Below, piece by piece: positions 1 through 8,551 of a DNA stretch of 64,000 nucleotides. Made by a program: the position numbers and the translations under genes. The stretch's first letter is position 1. The number at the start of each line of letters is the position of its first letter. The notes beneath the pieces are model-generated. The model worked only from the letters and a program-made list of their open reading frames with translations, was not told where the DNA came from and ran no database searches. Source of the stretch: a virus; the IMG/VR virus record IMGVR_UViG_3300013286_000725, positions 41,824 to 105,823 of that record; one strand, given 5' to 3'.

Positions 1-863
1 ACGGTGATACTGACTCATGTTATTTTAGTGCTTACAAGACGCTGAAGAAAGAAATTGACAAAGGATCAATTCCTTGGACTAAAGAAACCGTTGTACAACT
101 GTATGATCAAATTGGGGAAGAAGTCAATACCACATTTCCGCAGTTTATGCTAGATGCATTTCATGTGCCAAAGACTCGTGGTGAAGTTATCAAAGCCGGT
201 CGTGAGATTGTGGGATCAAAAAGTCTGTTCATTACCAAAAAACGCTATGCAGTCTTGTACTATGACAAGGAAGGCAAACGCAGTGATGTGGATGGAAAAC
301 CTGGCAAGATCAAAGCCATGGGCTTGGATTTGAAGCGTAGTGATACCCCTGAATTTATTCAAAACTTCTTGAGTGATATATTGGAGAAAGTTCTAACAGG
401 AGCAGACGAACAGGCAGTATTGAACTTTATTACTGACTTCCGTACAGAATTTAAGAGTCGTCCTGGTTGGGAAAAAGGTAGTCCTAAACGAGCTAATAAG
501 ATTACCGAATATCAAGCCAAAGAAGTCAAAGCGGGCAAAGCTAACATGCCCGGTCATGTGAGAGCAAGTATCAATTGGAATACACTCAAACGCATGTTCG
601 GCGACAAATATTCAATGGGTATTACCGACGGTGCCAAAGTAATCGTTTGTAAACTCAAAGAAAATCCATTGGGGTTTACTTCAGTGGCATATCCAGTAGA
701 CGAGTTACGCTTGCCTAAATGGTTTAAAGATCTGCCATTTGATCACGAAGAAATGGAAACCACGATCATTGACAACAAATTAGACAACCTTATCGGTGTA
801 CTTAATTGGGATGTCAGATCAACCGAACAGACAAATACTTTCAATAAATTATTTGACTTCTAA
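1..863 (+). CDS. gp43: Family B DNA polymerase, C-terminal part (5' end outside window)
   Basis: Frame open from base 3 reads (Y)GDTDSCYF (PolB motif C), then KKRYA and KAMGLDLKRSDTP. The track start at 147 is an internal Met. Confidence 0.95.
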   Translation, partial: GDTDSCYFSAYKTLKKEIDKGSIPWTKETVVQLYDQIGEEVNTTFPQFMLDAFHVPKTRGEVIKAGREIVGSKSLFITKKRYAVLYYDKEGKRSDVDGKPGKIKAMGLDLKRSDTPEFIQNFLSDILEKVLTGADEQAVLNFITDFRTEFKSRPGWEKGSPKRANKITEYQAKEVKAGKANMPGHVRASINWNTLKRMFGDKYSMGITDGAKVIVCKLKENPLGFTSVAYPVDELRLPKWFKDLPFDHEEMETTIIDNKLDNLIGVLNWDVRSTEQTNTFNKLFDF

Positions 864-881
864 AGAAAAAATCTATATACT
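853..881 (+). promoter_or_regulatory. Sigma70-type promoter upstream of clamp gene
   Basis: TTGACT(853-858)-17 bp-TATACT(876-881); AAGGA RBS before ATG 902. Confidence 0.65.
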
Positions 882-901
882 ATATTATAAAAGGAAAAAT
901 C

Positions 902-1633
902 ATGCAAGACATTTTAAAAGACCTAGTAGCACATACACACAGTTTGGGTGTTATCCCTGTAATTAAAATCACAGGCAATAGCAAAGAGACTGTTATTGAA
1001 TCAATGGCTGAAGATCGTTCAGTTATTATCAATGCTAAAACACATGCGCCAGTTGCTGAGTTTTGTGGTACATTCGGTATGTCTAACTTAGACAAACTAT
1101 CTTTACACTTGAAGAATCCAGAGTACAAAGAAAATGCAAAAATTCAAGTTGTACATGCTGAACGCAATGGTGAAGAAATCCCAGTCAGTCTACACTTTGA
1201 AAACGAAACAGGTGACTTTGAGAACGATTACAGACTCATGAGTCAAGAAGTTATTGCTGAGAAACTTAAAAAGGTCAACTTCAAAGGTGCTCAATGGTCC
1301 ATTGACTTTGAACCTGCTGTTGCCAGTATTCAAAGACTGCGATTGCAGGCCGCGGCACACTCAGAAGAAAACTGTTTCCAAGTTAAGACAGAAAAAGATA
1401 ATCTTGTGTTCTTCTTTGGGGATGCAAGCACACACGCAGGCTCATTCACATTCCAATCAAATATTGATGGCAAATTGAAACAGGCATGGTCATGGCCCGT
1501 GACACAAGTTATGAGTATTCTTGCTCTTGACGGCAACAAGACCATGCGCATTGCAGATGCAGGTGCTATGCAAATTACTGTTGACAGCGGTCTTGTTGAA
1601 TACAATTATATTTTACCCGCACAAAGCAAGTGA
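902..1633 (+). CDS. Probable DNA polymerase sliding clamp (gp45-like)
   Basis: 243 aa, beta-rich pattern, directly after PolB, ends ..YNYILPAQSK like clamp C-terminal strands. Confidence 0.6.
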   Translation: MQDILKDLVAHTHSLGVIPVIKITGNSKETVIESMAEDRSVIINAKTHAPVAEFCGTFGMSNLDKLSLHLKNPEYKENAKIQVVHAERNGEEIPVSLHFENETGDFENDYRLMSQEVIAEKLKKVNFKGAQWSIDFEPAVASIQRLRLQAAAHSEENCFQVKTEKDNLVFFFGDASTHAGSFTFQSNIDGKLKQAWSWPVTQVMSILALDGNKTMRIADAGAMQITVDSGLVEYNYILPAQSK

Positions 1634-3315
1634 TGAATAAAAATCTAACAGCTACACAAAACGACTACGCATATTTTTTGCCGGCAACTAGTGGCTTTTA
1701 CAGCACTTTTATCGGCAAACAACGCTACGGGAATTATGTGGATCCTGCTCGTGTTCCGCCCAGTCTAACTAACAGTGTAGAAAGTCTCAATTATCTAAAT
1801 CCAGATAAAGGTGCATTTTACTTTGATCATTGTTTATATTCGGCAGGACACGCCAACTTAGATTTGACCAAACCAGATGAAACCGAAGACATGTTTCGTA
1901 ATAGAGATCGTAGCACAAGTTGGGTGTTGGGCGACTCGGGTGGATTCCAGATTGGTAAGGGTGTGTGGGAAGGCGAGTGGCGTGATCCTACAGGACCTGA
2001 AGTTGCCGCCAAATGGGCAGAAGTCAATGCATTAGGCATTGAACTGGTACCACAGTTCCATCCTACTGGTCATCCCAAGACTGACAAGAACGGCAATCAA
2101 AAGTTTACCCGAGTAGATCATCCTAAGCTCTATCAGGCTCGTTTAGATGCCGCACAAAAGAAGCGTGAACAAGTGTTAACTTGGATGGATGCACTGATGG
2201 ATTATGGCATGGTACTTGATATTCCAGCTTGGGTTGAGCGTAGTCCTGCAGGTTGTAAGGCAACTGGTATTGAATCATATCAACAGGCAGTTAATGCCAC
2301 TAGGTATAATAACGAGTATTTTATCAAACATCGCGATGGCAACTGCAAGTTCCTTAATGTGTTGCAAGGCGAAACACACGATCAAGCAGAAGATTGGTAT
2401 CATCAAGTCAAAGACTTTTGTGATACTAAGATCTATGGTGACAAAGCATTTAATGGTTGGGGTATGGGTGGACAAAACATGTGTGATATTCACCTTGTAC
2501 TCAAACGCCTAGTGGCTCTACGCTTTGACGGATTGTTAGAGCAGGGTCAACATGACTGGATGCACTTCTTAGGCACATCAAAGTTAGAATGGGCTGTGCT
2601 GTTGACTGATATCCAGCGAGCTGTTCGCAAGTATCATAATCCCAACTTTACTATCAGTTTCGACTGTGCTAGTCCTTTCTTAGCCACTGCTAATGGACAG
2701 ATTTATATCAACACAGAAACCGAAGATCGTACCAAATGGGTTTATCGTATGCAGGCGTCGGCTGATGATAAAAAGTATGCCACTGATAGCCGACTGTTTA
2801 AAGATGCAGTATTGCAAGATAAAATATTTGAGAAGTTTGAATCAAGTCCAATTATTGATCAACTTGAAATGAAAGATATTTGTATCTATGCTCCGGGCGA
2901 TCTAAATAAGAATGGTAAGGAAGGCGCAACCAGTTGGGATTCATTTAGCTATGCGTTAATGATGGGTCATAATGTGTGGATGCATTTGAACGCAGTACAA
3001 GAAGCCAATCGTCAATATGATTTGGGCAAATTGCCTGCCATGCTAGTTGACGAACGCTTTGATAGAGTGTATTATAAAGACATAGTAGAAGCAATATTTG
3101 CCTGTGATAACAGAGACGATGCTAACGCTATTGTCGAACATTACAGTAAATTTTGGATGATGATTATCGGTACACGAGGTGCAACTGGTAAAAAGACAGT
3201 TAATGCACATACAAAGGCAGAAGAATTTGGTATTCCTATGGTGGATTTTTCCGATTTAAAAATAATTAAAAAAGAAGAATCTAAAGAAAATAACTTTGCA
3301 GAACTATTTGAATGA
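1630..3315 (+). CDS. dpdA: DpdA/TGT-fold 7-deazaguanine DNA transglycosylase-like protein
   Basis: TGT motifs in order: DSGGFQ, LDIP, VLQG, GMGG, HFLG, SFDCASP, GHN; clustered with folE/queD/queE. Confidence 0.8.
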   Translation: MMNKNLTATQNDYAYFLPATSGFYSTFIGKQRYGNYVDPARVPPSLTNSVESLNYLNPDKGAFYFDHCLYSAGHANLDLTKPDETEDMFRNRDRSTSWVLGDSGGFQIGKGVWEGEWRDPTGPEVAAKWAEVNALGIELVPQFHPTGHPKTDKNGNQKFTRVDHPKLYQARLDAAQKKREQVLTWMDALMDYGMVLDIPAWVERSPAGCKATGIESYQQAVNATRYNNEYFIKHRDGNCKFLNVLQGETHDQAEDWYHQVKDFCDTKIYGDKAFNGWGMGGQNMCDIHLVLKRLVALRFDGLLEQGQHDWMHFLGTSKLEWAVLLTDIQRAVRKYHNPNFTISFDCASPFLATANGQIYINTETEDRTKWVYRMQASADDKKYATDSRLFKDAVLQDKIFEKFESSPIIDQLEMKDICIYAPGDLNKNGKEGATSWDSFSYALMMGHNVWMHLNAVQEANRQYDLGKLPAMLVDERFDRVYYKDIVEAIFACDNRDDANAIVEHYSKFWMMIIGTRGATGKKTVNAHTKAEEFGIPMVDFSDLKIIKKEESKENNFAELFE

Positions 3316-3563
3316 CATTACCAGACGAAAGATATCGAGCAGTAGTACAGACTCAAAAGTTTTTACTTGAGATTTTGTCTACTGCTCGAGTTCCTAAAAA
3401 AATTAAAGATGATGCTAGGTGGTGTTTGCGTCATTATCCCAGCGAATATGATATGCAGATTGCGGCAATAGGTGCTCCCGAAGTGTTTCAAAAACAGATG
3501 GAACCTGTGACTAGATTGTTTAAAGTGTACGAACAAACAAAGGCTGAAAAAAATGAAGCGTGA
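3312..3563 (+). CDS. Small hypothetical protein (BPSL0761-like)
   Basis: MTLPDERYRAV...LRHYP pattern recalled from this family; ATGA overlap with upstream gene. Confidence 0.55.
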   Translation: MTLPDERYRAVVQTQKFLLEILSTARVPKKIKDDARWCLRHYPSEYDMQIAAIGAPEVFQKQMEPVTRLFKVYEQTKAEKNEA

Positions 3564-4065
3564 TTATGCCAGTGGTCAATCAGAAACTGCTGTATTCTTC
3601 ACAGGAATTGAAGTAGAGCATACACCTGCGTTTGGCATGCCTACACTGTTTGTCACAGGAGTTCAATCAGTAGATGAAATTGCATCAAATTTAAATGAAT
3701 GTAAGCATATCTTCTTTGGTGCTAATCACAGTTTCAATCCACAGAACAATCTAGATTGGCAACGCTGGGAAACTATGATCACATACTTTTTAGATAAAGA
3801 TTACCTGTGCAGTCTAGACATTCCATTATCAGCAGTTGAAGAATTCAACGACGGCGGTATGAATGACTACAATAATTTTATCCCACAGATAAGAGTGCCA
3901 ATTCCTTATGTAAAACTGTGGAATTATAATACAATGCTTAAAATAGATGACAAAGATTTTAAGGCAACAAATCCAGGCGTGTGGACTCATAGTCTACATG
4001 ATTTAAAAACCCGTGATAAGTTTACCCCTTGGAGTGCTTACACAAATGACACTATTATTAAATGA
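3553..4065 (+). CDS. Hypothetical alpha/beta protein in the modification cluster
   Basis: 170-aa ORF overlapping both neighbours. Confidence 0.7.
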   Translation: MKRDYASGQSETAVFFTGIEVEHTPAFGMPTLFVTGVQSVDEIASNLNECKHIFFGANHSFNPQNNLDWQRWETMITYFLDKDYLCSLDIPLSAVEEFNDGGMNDYNNFIPQIRVPIPYVKLWNYNTMLKIDDKDFKATNPGVWTHSLHDLKTRDKFTPWSAYTNDTIIK

Positions 4066-4451
4066 TTATCAAACAGGACATCAGACCTAATAAAATGATT
4101 TGGACTACCTTTTGCAAAGAAGGCATGCACAAATATCCAGCCGCACTTACAGATCCAGCACTTGCTACAGGTGATGAATATGATGTGAGTTTTCTAGGCT
4201 ATCCGCACCGTCACATCTTCCACTTCAAAGTTTGGATTGGTGTCACACATGACGACCGTGATATTGAGTTTATTCAGTTCAAACGATGGTTGCTAAATCT
4301 CTACAAAGACAGTATACTAGCGTTAGACTACAAGAGTTGCGAAATGATTTCAGGTGATTTATATGAAGTCATTTCACAAAAGTATCCCAATCGTGAGATT
4401 TGGATTGAGGTCTCCGAAGACGGAGAAAATGGTTCATTTATTAAGTACTAA
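4062..4451 (+). CDS. queD: QueD-like 6-carboxytetrahydropterin synthase (T-fold)
   Basis: H...HRHIFHF metal-binding motif, DIEF and SCEM segments, C-terminal EVSEDGENG; context. Confidence 0.7.
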   Translation: MIIKQDIRPNKMIWTTFCKEGMHKYPAALTDPALATGDEYDVSFLGYPHRHIFHFKVWIGVTHDDRDIEFIQFKRWLLNLYKDSILALDYKSCEMISGDLYEVISQKYPNREIWIEVSEDGENGSFIKY

Positions 4452-4463
4452 GGAAAAGCTATC

Positions 4464-4724
4464 ATGGCTAAAATTAATTACAGAGATTTTTCATATTTTG
4501 ACAACCGTCCGGACATTGTTAAAATCTTTGACGATTTAGAAAAACTACACAACTTCTGCCGTATTGAGATGTTGCCTTTTAATGAGGCAGATTTGTATAA
4601 TCGTAATAGTCAAGTTTGGAACAGCTATTACCATAGCACACGACCACGCAAGCCACGCGGTGAATGGCAACAACGCGGTGAATACAATCGCAGTGGGAAT
4701 AACAATCGTAACTATCAACGATGA
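4464..4724 (+). CDS. Hypothetical protein with R/N/G-rich tail
   Basis: 86-aa ORF with AAGGA RBS. Confidence 0.75.
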   Translation: MAKINYRDFSYFDNRPDIVKIFDDLEKLHNFCRIEMLPFNEADLYNRNSQVWNSYYHSTRPRKPRGEWQQRGEYNRSGNNNRNYQR

Positions 4725-4768
4725 TTTATATAGTTGACATTGAAGCGGTTGATACTATAATTTTTTGA
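4721..4768 (+). pseudogene. Orphaned 5' stub of glycosyltransferase gene (MIYIVDIEAVDT-IIF*)
   Basis: ATGA overlap with upstream stop; peptide aligns with N-terminus of downstream GT (IYIVDIEAVDT vs IWIFSLECLET). Confidence 0.55.
4734..4761 (+). promoter_or_regulatory. Sigma70 consensus promoter spanning the stub/insert junction
   Basis: TTGACA(4734-4739)-16 bp-TATAAT(4756-4761). Confidence 0.65.
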
Positions 4769-4893
4769 TAATGTATCGTTTCTTAAACGGAGTTGTTTGA
4801 TAACTAGCAGCCCATCTAGCAGACGATACAGAAAAATTATTGTTGATAATCTTTTACCTTACACAGTTTCTTAAACTCACGGAGGCTTATTTA

Positions 4894-6009
4894 ATGAAAC
4901 CCACAATTTGGATTTTCTCCCTTGAGTGTTTGGAGACCCGTTATACAAAACAATGGCACGAACACATTCCAAAATTACTTAAACATAAGTTAGGCAATAA
5001 GTTTAATGTTGTTCAGGTCGACGGCGTTCAAAAGAATAGCCAACTCACTCCCGGTGCTTTCTTGAATTTTTCAGATACCAACTATTGGAAAAGTTCTCAG
5101 TTATGTAATTTTTTAGAGCATCACAATAGGGGCGAGACTTCTACTGACGATCACATCCTTTTTACAGACGCATGGAATCCTACAGTTATTCAACTCAAAT
5201 ATATAAAGGATCTATTAGGCTTTAACTGGACACTCCACGGACTATTTCATAGTGGATCATACGATAACCAAGACTTTTTAGGTCGACTAGTTGGCAATAA
5301 GCCTTGGGTTAGAAACGCTGAAAAAAGCTTCTTTCACGCATTTGATCACAACTACTTTGCTACCAAGTTTCACATTGAATTGTTTCATAGAGAACTGCTC
5401 AACGGTGGATTGCAAACTGAAAACCCATGGTACGAAGACGAGCTTGCAGAAATAATGAATGGCGAATATCCAAGTATTGTTCGTACTGGCTGGCCCATGG
5501 AGTATATGGATTCAACTTTGACCATGTATAAAAACATGCCCAAGCGTGATCTTATCTTGTTTCCGCATCGCATTGCTCCAGAAAAGCAAGTTGATATATT
5601 CCGTGATTTAGCTACACACTTGCCACAATATGAATTTGTAGTTTGTCAGGATCAACAACTGACTAAAAACGAATATCATAATTTGTTGGGAGAAGCTAAA
5701 CTAGTGTTTAGTGCTAACCTTCAAGAAACACTTGGCATTAGTTGTTACGAAGGTGCTGTAGTAGATGCCATTCCAATGGTGCCTGATAGACTTAGCTATA
5801 CAGAAATGTATTATGATACATTTAAGTATCCAAGTGAATGGACAGAAAGTTTTGAAGCGTATGACACTTGTAGACAATCTTTATGTTTCAAAATTATACA
5901 GTATATGGACAATTATACTAGTTTTGTTCCACAAGTAAAAAAACAAGCAAAGGACCTACATGACAACTTCTTCAGTGCCAACGGACTACTCAACAATATT
6001 AAGCAGTGA
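4894..6009 (+). CDS. GT-B glycosyltransferase
   Basis: FPHRIAPEKQ and QETLGISCYEG GT-B/GT4-type C-domain motifs; start at ATG 4894 after GGAGG (4881-4885), not track TTG 4840. Confidence 0.8.
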   Translation: MKPTIWIFSLECLETRYTKQWHEHIPKLLKHKLGNKFNVVQVDGVQKNSQLTPGAFLNFSDTNYWKSSQLCNFLEHHNRGETSTDDHILFTDAWNPTVIQLKYIKDLLGFNWTLHGLFHSGSYDNQDFLGRLVGNKPWVRNAEKSFFHAFDHNYFATKFHIELFHRELLNGGLQTENPWYEDELAEIMNGEYPSIVRTGWPMEYMDSTLTMYKNMPKRDLILFPHRIAPEKQVDIFRDLATHLPQYEFVVCQDQQLTKNEYHNLLGEAKLVFSANLQETLGISCYEGAVVDAIPMVPDRLSYTEMYYDTFKYPSEWTESFEAYDTCRQSLCFKIIQYMDNYTSFVPQVKKQAKDLHDNFFSANGLLNNIKQ

Positions 6010-6361
6010 CACTATTACTATTACTGGGTACGAACCTAGTAATTTTAGCACTATACAACCACTGACTACTAATCAAATAGTTACTATCGGTTCAAGTAAT
6101 AGTAGTGTGTATTATACTGCACCCAGTATGACAACTATGTCAACTATTAACTCTGGTTCCATTAATACTGTCTCTATTGACACCAACTTGTGGAATACAT
6201 CTTTTAATTTGCCGATTGATTGGGTAGATGCTTTTCCGTCTTGGGATAAAGTTCAAGACATGTGCAAGCAATATCCCAGTTTAGAAATAGCACTTAGAAA
6301 TTTTCAAACCATCTATCAGCTTGTGAAAGACGACTATGATAATCCAGCGCCTAAAAAATAA
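5960..6361 (+). CDS. Hypothetical protein, Ser/Thr-rich N-terminus
   Basis: 133 aa, AAGGA RBS, helical C-terminus with YPSL. Confidence 0.7.
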   Translation: MTTSSVPTDYSTILSSDTITITGYEPSNFSTIQPLTTNQIVTIGSSNSSVYYTAPSMTTMSTINSGSINTVSIDTNLWNTSFNLPIDWVDAFPSWDKVQDMCKQYPSLEIALRNFQTIYQLVKDDYDNPAPKK

Positions 6362-6809
6362 GTTTTTTTCTTTTTTAGAAAAGCACGACCGTAAACGAAT
6401 AATCATGGATCGGCAATGCGACGAACCACTGTTGACTCGTTACTACTTGTTTTTGAAAGATCGTAAACAGTTTCCTTTCAATGTGTTCTTACACAAGTTT
6501 CACAAAGGCGATCCTGGAGATGTGCATGATCATCCTTGGCCATACGCTACATTGATACTGGCAGGCGGCTACTACGAATACACTCCTAATTTTGAATACG
6601 GCCAAATGGTCAGTGAAACCAAACACTGGCGTGGCCCTGGGCATTTTAGATTTTGCAGTGCCAACAGCTATCACCGCATAGAATTAAAAGAAGGCGTTAC
6701 TCCTTGGACACTGTTTATGCCTGGTCCACAACGACAAGAATGGGGATTCTGGGTAAACAACAAATGGATTCATAATGACAACTACCTCGAAGACCGTAAA
6801 AACAGTTAA
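6336..6809 (+). CDS. Cupin-fold metalloprotein
   Basis: HDHPW...GGYYE and HRIEL cupin metal-ligand motifs. Confidence 0.7.
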   Translation: MIIQRLKNKFFSFLEKHDRKRIIMDRQCDEPLLTRYYLFLKDRKQFPFNVFLHKFHKGDPGDVHDHPWPYATLILAGGYYEYTPNFEYGQMVSETKHWRGPGHFRFCSANSYHRIELKEGVTPWTLFMPGPQRQEWGFWVNNKWIHNDNYLEDRKNS

Positions 6810-7203
6810 TACTGTTACAACTACACATGGCACAAGCCACCCATTATACGGTGCGGTACCGCCCGCAAGTCCGTTCCCTATTGGAAAAGTTTATACAACT
6901 AATAATACAGGATCGGCTGGACAGTTTTTAACAAGTGGGTCTAACGGAACTAATTGGACTAATTCAACTGACAATGTATTGGTTGTCAAACAAGATCCTG
7001 CTATTTTAGAGGTTAAAGGTCGGATGATACTTAACGGACAAGACTTAGAAGAACGGTTAAACACAATAGAAAAAGTCTTGCGTATTCCCGAGCGAGATGT
7101 TATACTTGAGAAGAAGCATCCAAAGCTAAAAAAACTGTATGATGAATACATTCAAGCATTGGGTAAGTACAGAACATTTGAAGCAATTAAAGGAGATGAA
7201 TAA
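6775..7203 (+). CDS. Hypothetical protein
   Basis: 142 aa, Thr-rich N-terminus, helical C-terminus with HPKL. Confidence 0.7.
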   Translation: MTTTSKTVKTVNTVTTTHGTSHPLYGAVPPASPFPIGKVYTTNNTGSAGQFLTSGSNGTNWTNSTDNVLVVKQDPAILEVKGRMILNGQDLEERLNTIEKVLRIPERDVILEKKHPKLKKLYDEYIQALGKYRTFEAIKGDE

Positions 7204-7436
7204 TGAAACTACATGAATCAGTTGCGCAATCGCGCTACAAAATGACAATCAAAGAGTCAGAAGGTTTTAGATTGCGGTTGGAAAAACACGAAGTGCTTAG
7301 TCCTAAAGGACTGTATAGTGTTGATCTTATCAACGAAATGTTAAAGGCAGACGGTACAATACAAGACTCTAGCACATATAACTTCTTTATGACTCGAGAA
7401 GAATTACAAACATTGGCTTACGGTTTAACAGCATGA
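7203..7436 (+). CDS. Hypothetical protein
   Basis: 77 aa, AGGAG RBS, TAATG overlap. Confidence 0.7.
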   Translation: MKLHESVAQSRYKMTIKESEGFRLRLEKHEVLSPKGLYSVDLINEMLKADGTIQDSSTYNFFMTREELQTLAYGLTA

Positions 7437-7933
7437 AACAGATCTACTACTCTTGGTCACAAGTAGAAGGTGCCTGTTTAGATATTGCTAGACAAATGTC
7501 AATGCACAACTGGCAACCGGACTACATTGTAGGTATTGGGCGTGGTGGGCTAATACCAGCTAATTTATTGAGTCAGTACACTGGCATCAAGATGAACAGT
7601 TTGGATGTCAGTCTTAGAGACGGAGGCGACACAGTTAGCAATTGCGGTATGGCTGAAGATGCATTTGAAGGTAAACGGATTCTTGTTGTAGATGACATCA
7701 ACGATCAAGGATCCACAGTTAACTGGATCAAGAATGATTGGCAATCCCTTGCATTTTCCAATGACTCTAAATGGGAAACAATTTGGGGAGATAGTGTTAG
7801 GTTTGCAGTACTAACACACAATCAATCGAGTGAGTTTAAAGACCCAGACTACTATGCGTGGACTGTGAACAAAGCTGAACAAGATTGTTGGCTAGTTTAT
7901 CCTTGGGAAGAGTTTTGGAAAAATGACAACTGA
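7433..7933 (+). CDS. Purine phosphoribosyltransferase (xanthine/guanine PRT-like)
   Basis: GRGGLIPA, PRPP loop ILVVDDINDQGST, C-terminal WLVYPWE. Confidence 0.9.
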   Translation: MKQIYYSWSQVEGACLDIARQMSMHNWQPDYIVGIGRGGLIPANLLSQYTGIKMNSLDVSLRDGGDTVSNCGMAEDAFEGKRILVVDDINDQGSTVNWIKNDWQSLAFSNDSKWETIWGDSVRFAVLTHNQSSEFKDPDYYAWTVNKAEQDCWLVYPWEEFWKNDN

Positions 7934-8294
7934 TTTAGAAAAGGCATTAGATGAAAAACAAGCACCTTGGACAGAAATTGAATACCGAACAAAAGAATTC
8001 TGGATCTTCAGAGATGCATATCCAGTTACCCAAGGGCATCTGTTATTTGTGCCTACCAATCTGCAAAGTAACAATCTCTGGGAGTGCTATAAAGCAGCCT
8101 ACAAGTTTGGCTACGAAGGCGTTGCATCGGAAAAGTGGGATGCTTTTAACATCGGACAAAATGTTGGCGAGGCTGCTGGACAAACAGTGATATACCCCCA
8201 TGTGCATATGATACCTCGAAGAAACGGTGATATGACCGATCCCAGCGGTGGTGTTAGACATGTTATTCCAGAGAAAGGAAACTACAAAAAATGA
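7923..8294 (+). CDS. HIT-family nucleotide hydrolase
   Basis: DAYPVTQGHLLFVP, AAGQTVIYPHVHMIPR; first triad His is Tyr here. Confidence 0.9.
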   Translation: MTTDLEKALDEKQAPWTEIEYRTKEFWIFRDAYPVTQGHLLFVPTNLQSNNLWECYKAAYKFGYEGVASEKWDAFNIGQNVGEAAGQTVIYPHVHMIPRRNGDMTDPSGGVRHVIPEKGNYKK

Positions 8295-8467
8295 CATACG
8301 AAAATAGAGTTAAACATCTTGAAGAAGCTCATCATAGTCTTGATAAAAAGATCCGCGGAATAGAATCTACCGGAGTATTTGATGACGAACAACTACACGA
8401 ATTGAAAAAACAAAAATTGATACTTAAAGATCAAATTGAAGAATTGAAAAAGAAGCAACACGAATAA
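8291..8467 (+). CDS. Small coiled-coil protein, YdcH/DUF465-like (not in ORF track)
   Basis: MTYENRVKHLEEAHHSLDKKI...LHELKKQKLILKDQI, 58 aa, ATGA overlap. Confidence 0.75.
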   Translation: MTYENRVKHLEEAHHSLDKKIRGIESTGVFDDEQLHELKKQKLILKDQIEELKKKQHE

Positions 8468-8482
8468 AATATTCAATTGTGG

Positions 8483-8511
8483 TTGCAAAAATCTAAATAA
8501 TACTGTATAAT
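8483..8511 (+). promoter_or_regulatory. Sigma70-type promoter with embedded late motif upstream of folE
   Basis: TTGCAA-17 bp-TATAAT; CTAAATA at 8493-8499. Confidence 0.6.
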
Positions 8512-8551
8512 AACAAAAAGTCATCCACGACACTAACTCGGAGAACAACAA

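Noticed and set aside
1630-3315. Calling this a tRNA-modifying Tgt
   Set aside because: No CxCxxC zinc site, coupled to pol/clamp genes, and no tRNAs in view; DNA-acting DpdA fits better but is unproven.
4840-4893. N-terminal extension of the GT from TTG 4840
   Set aside because: GGAGG RBS supports ATG 4894; the extension lies in the insertion scar.
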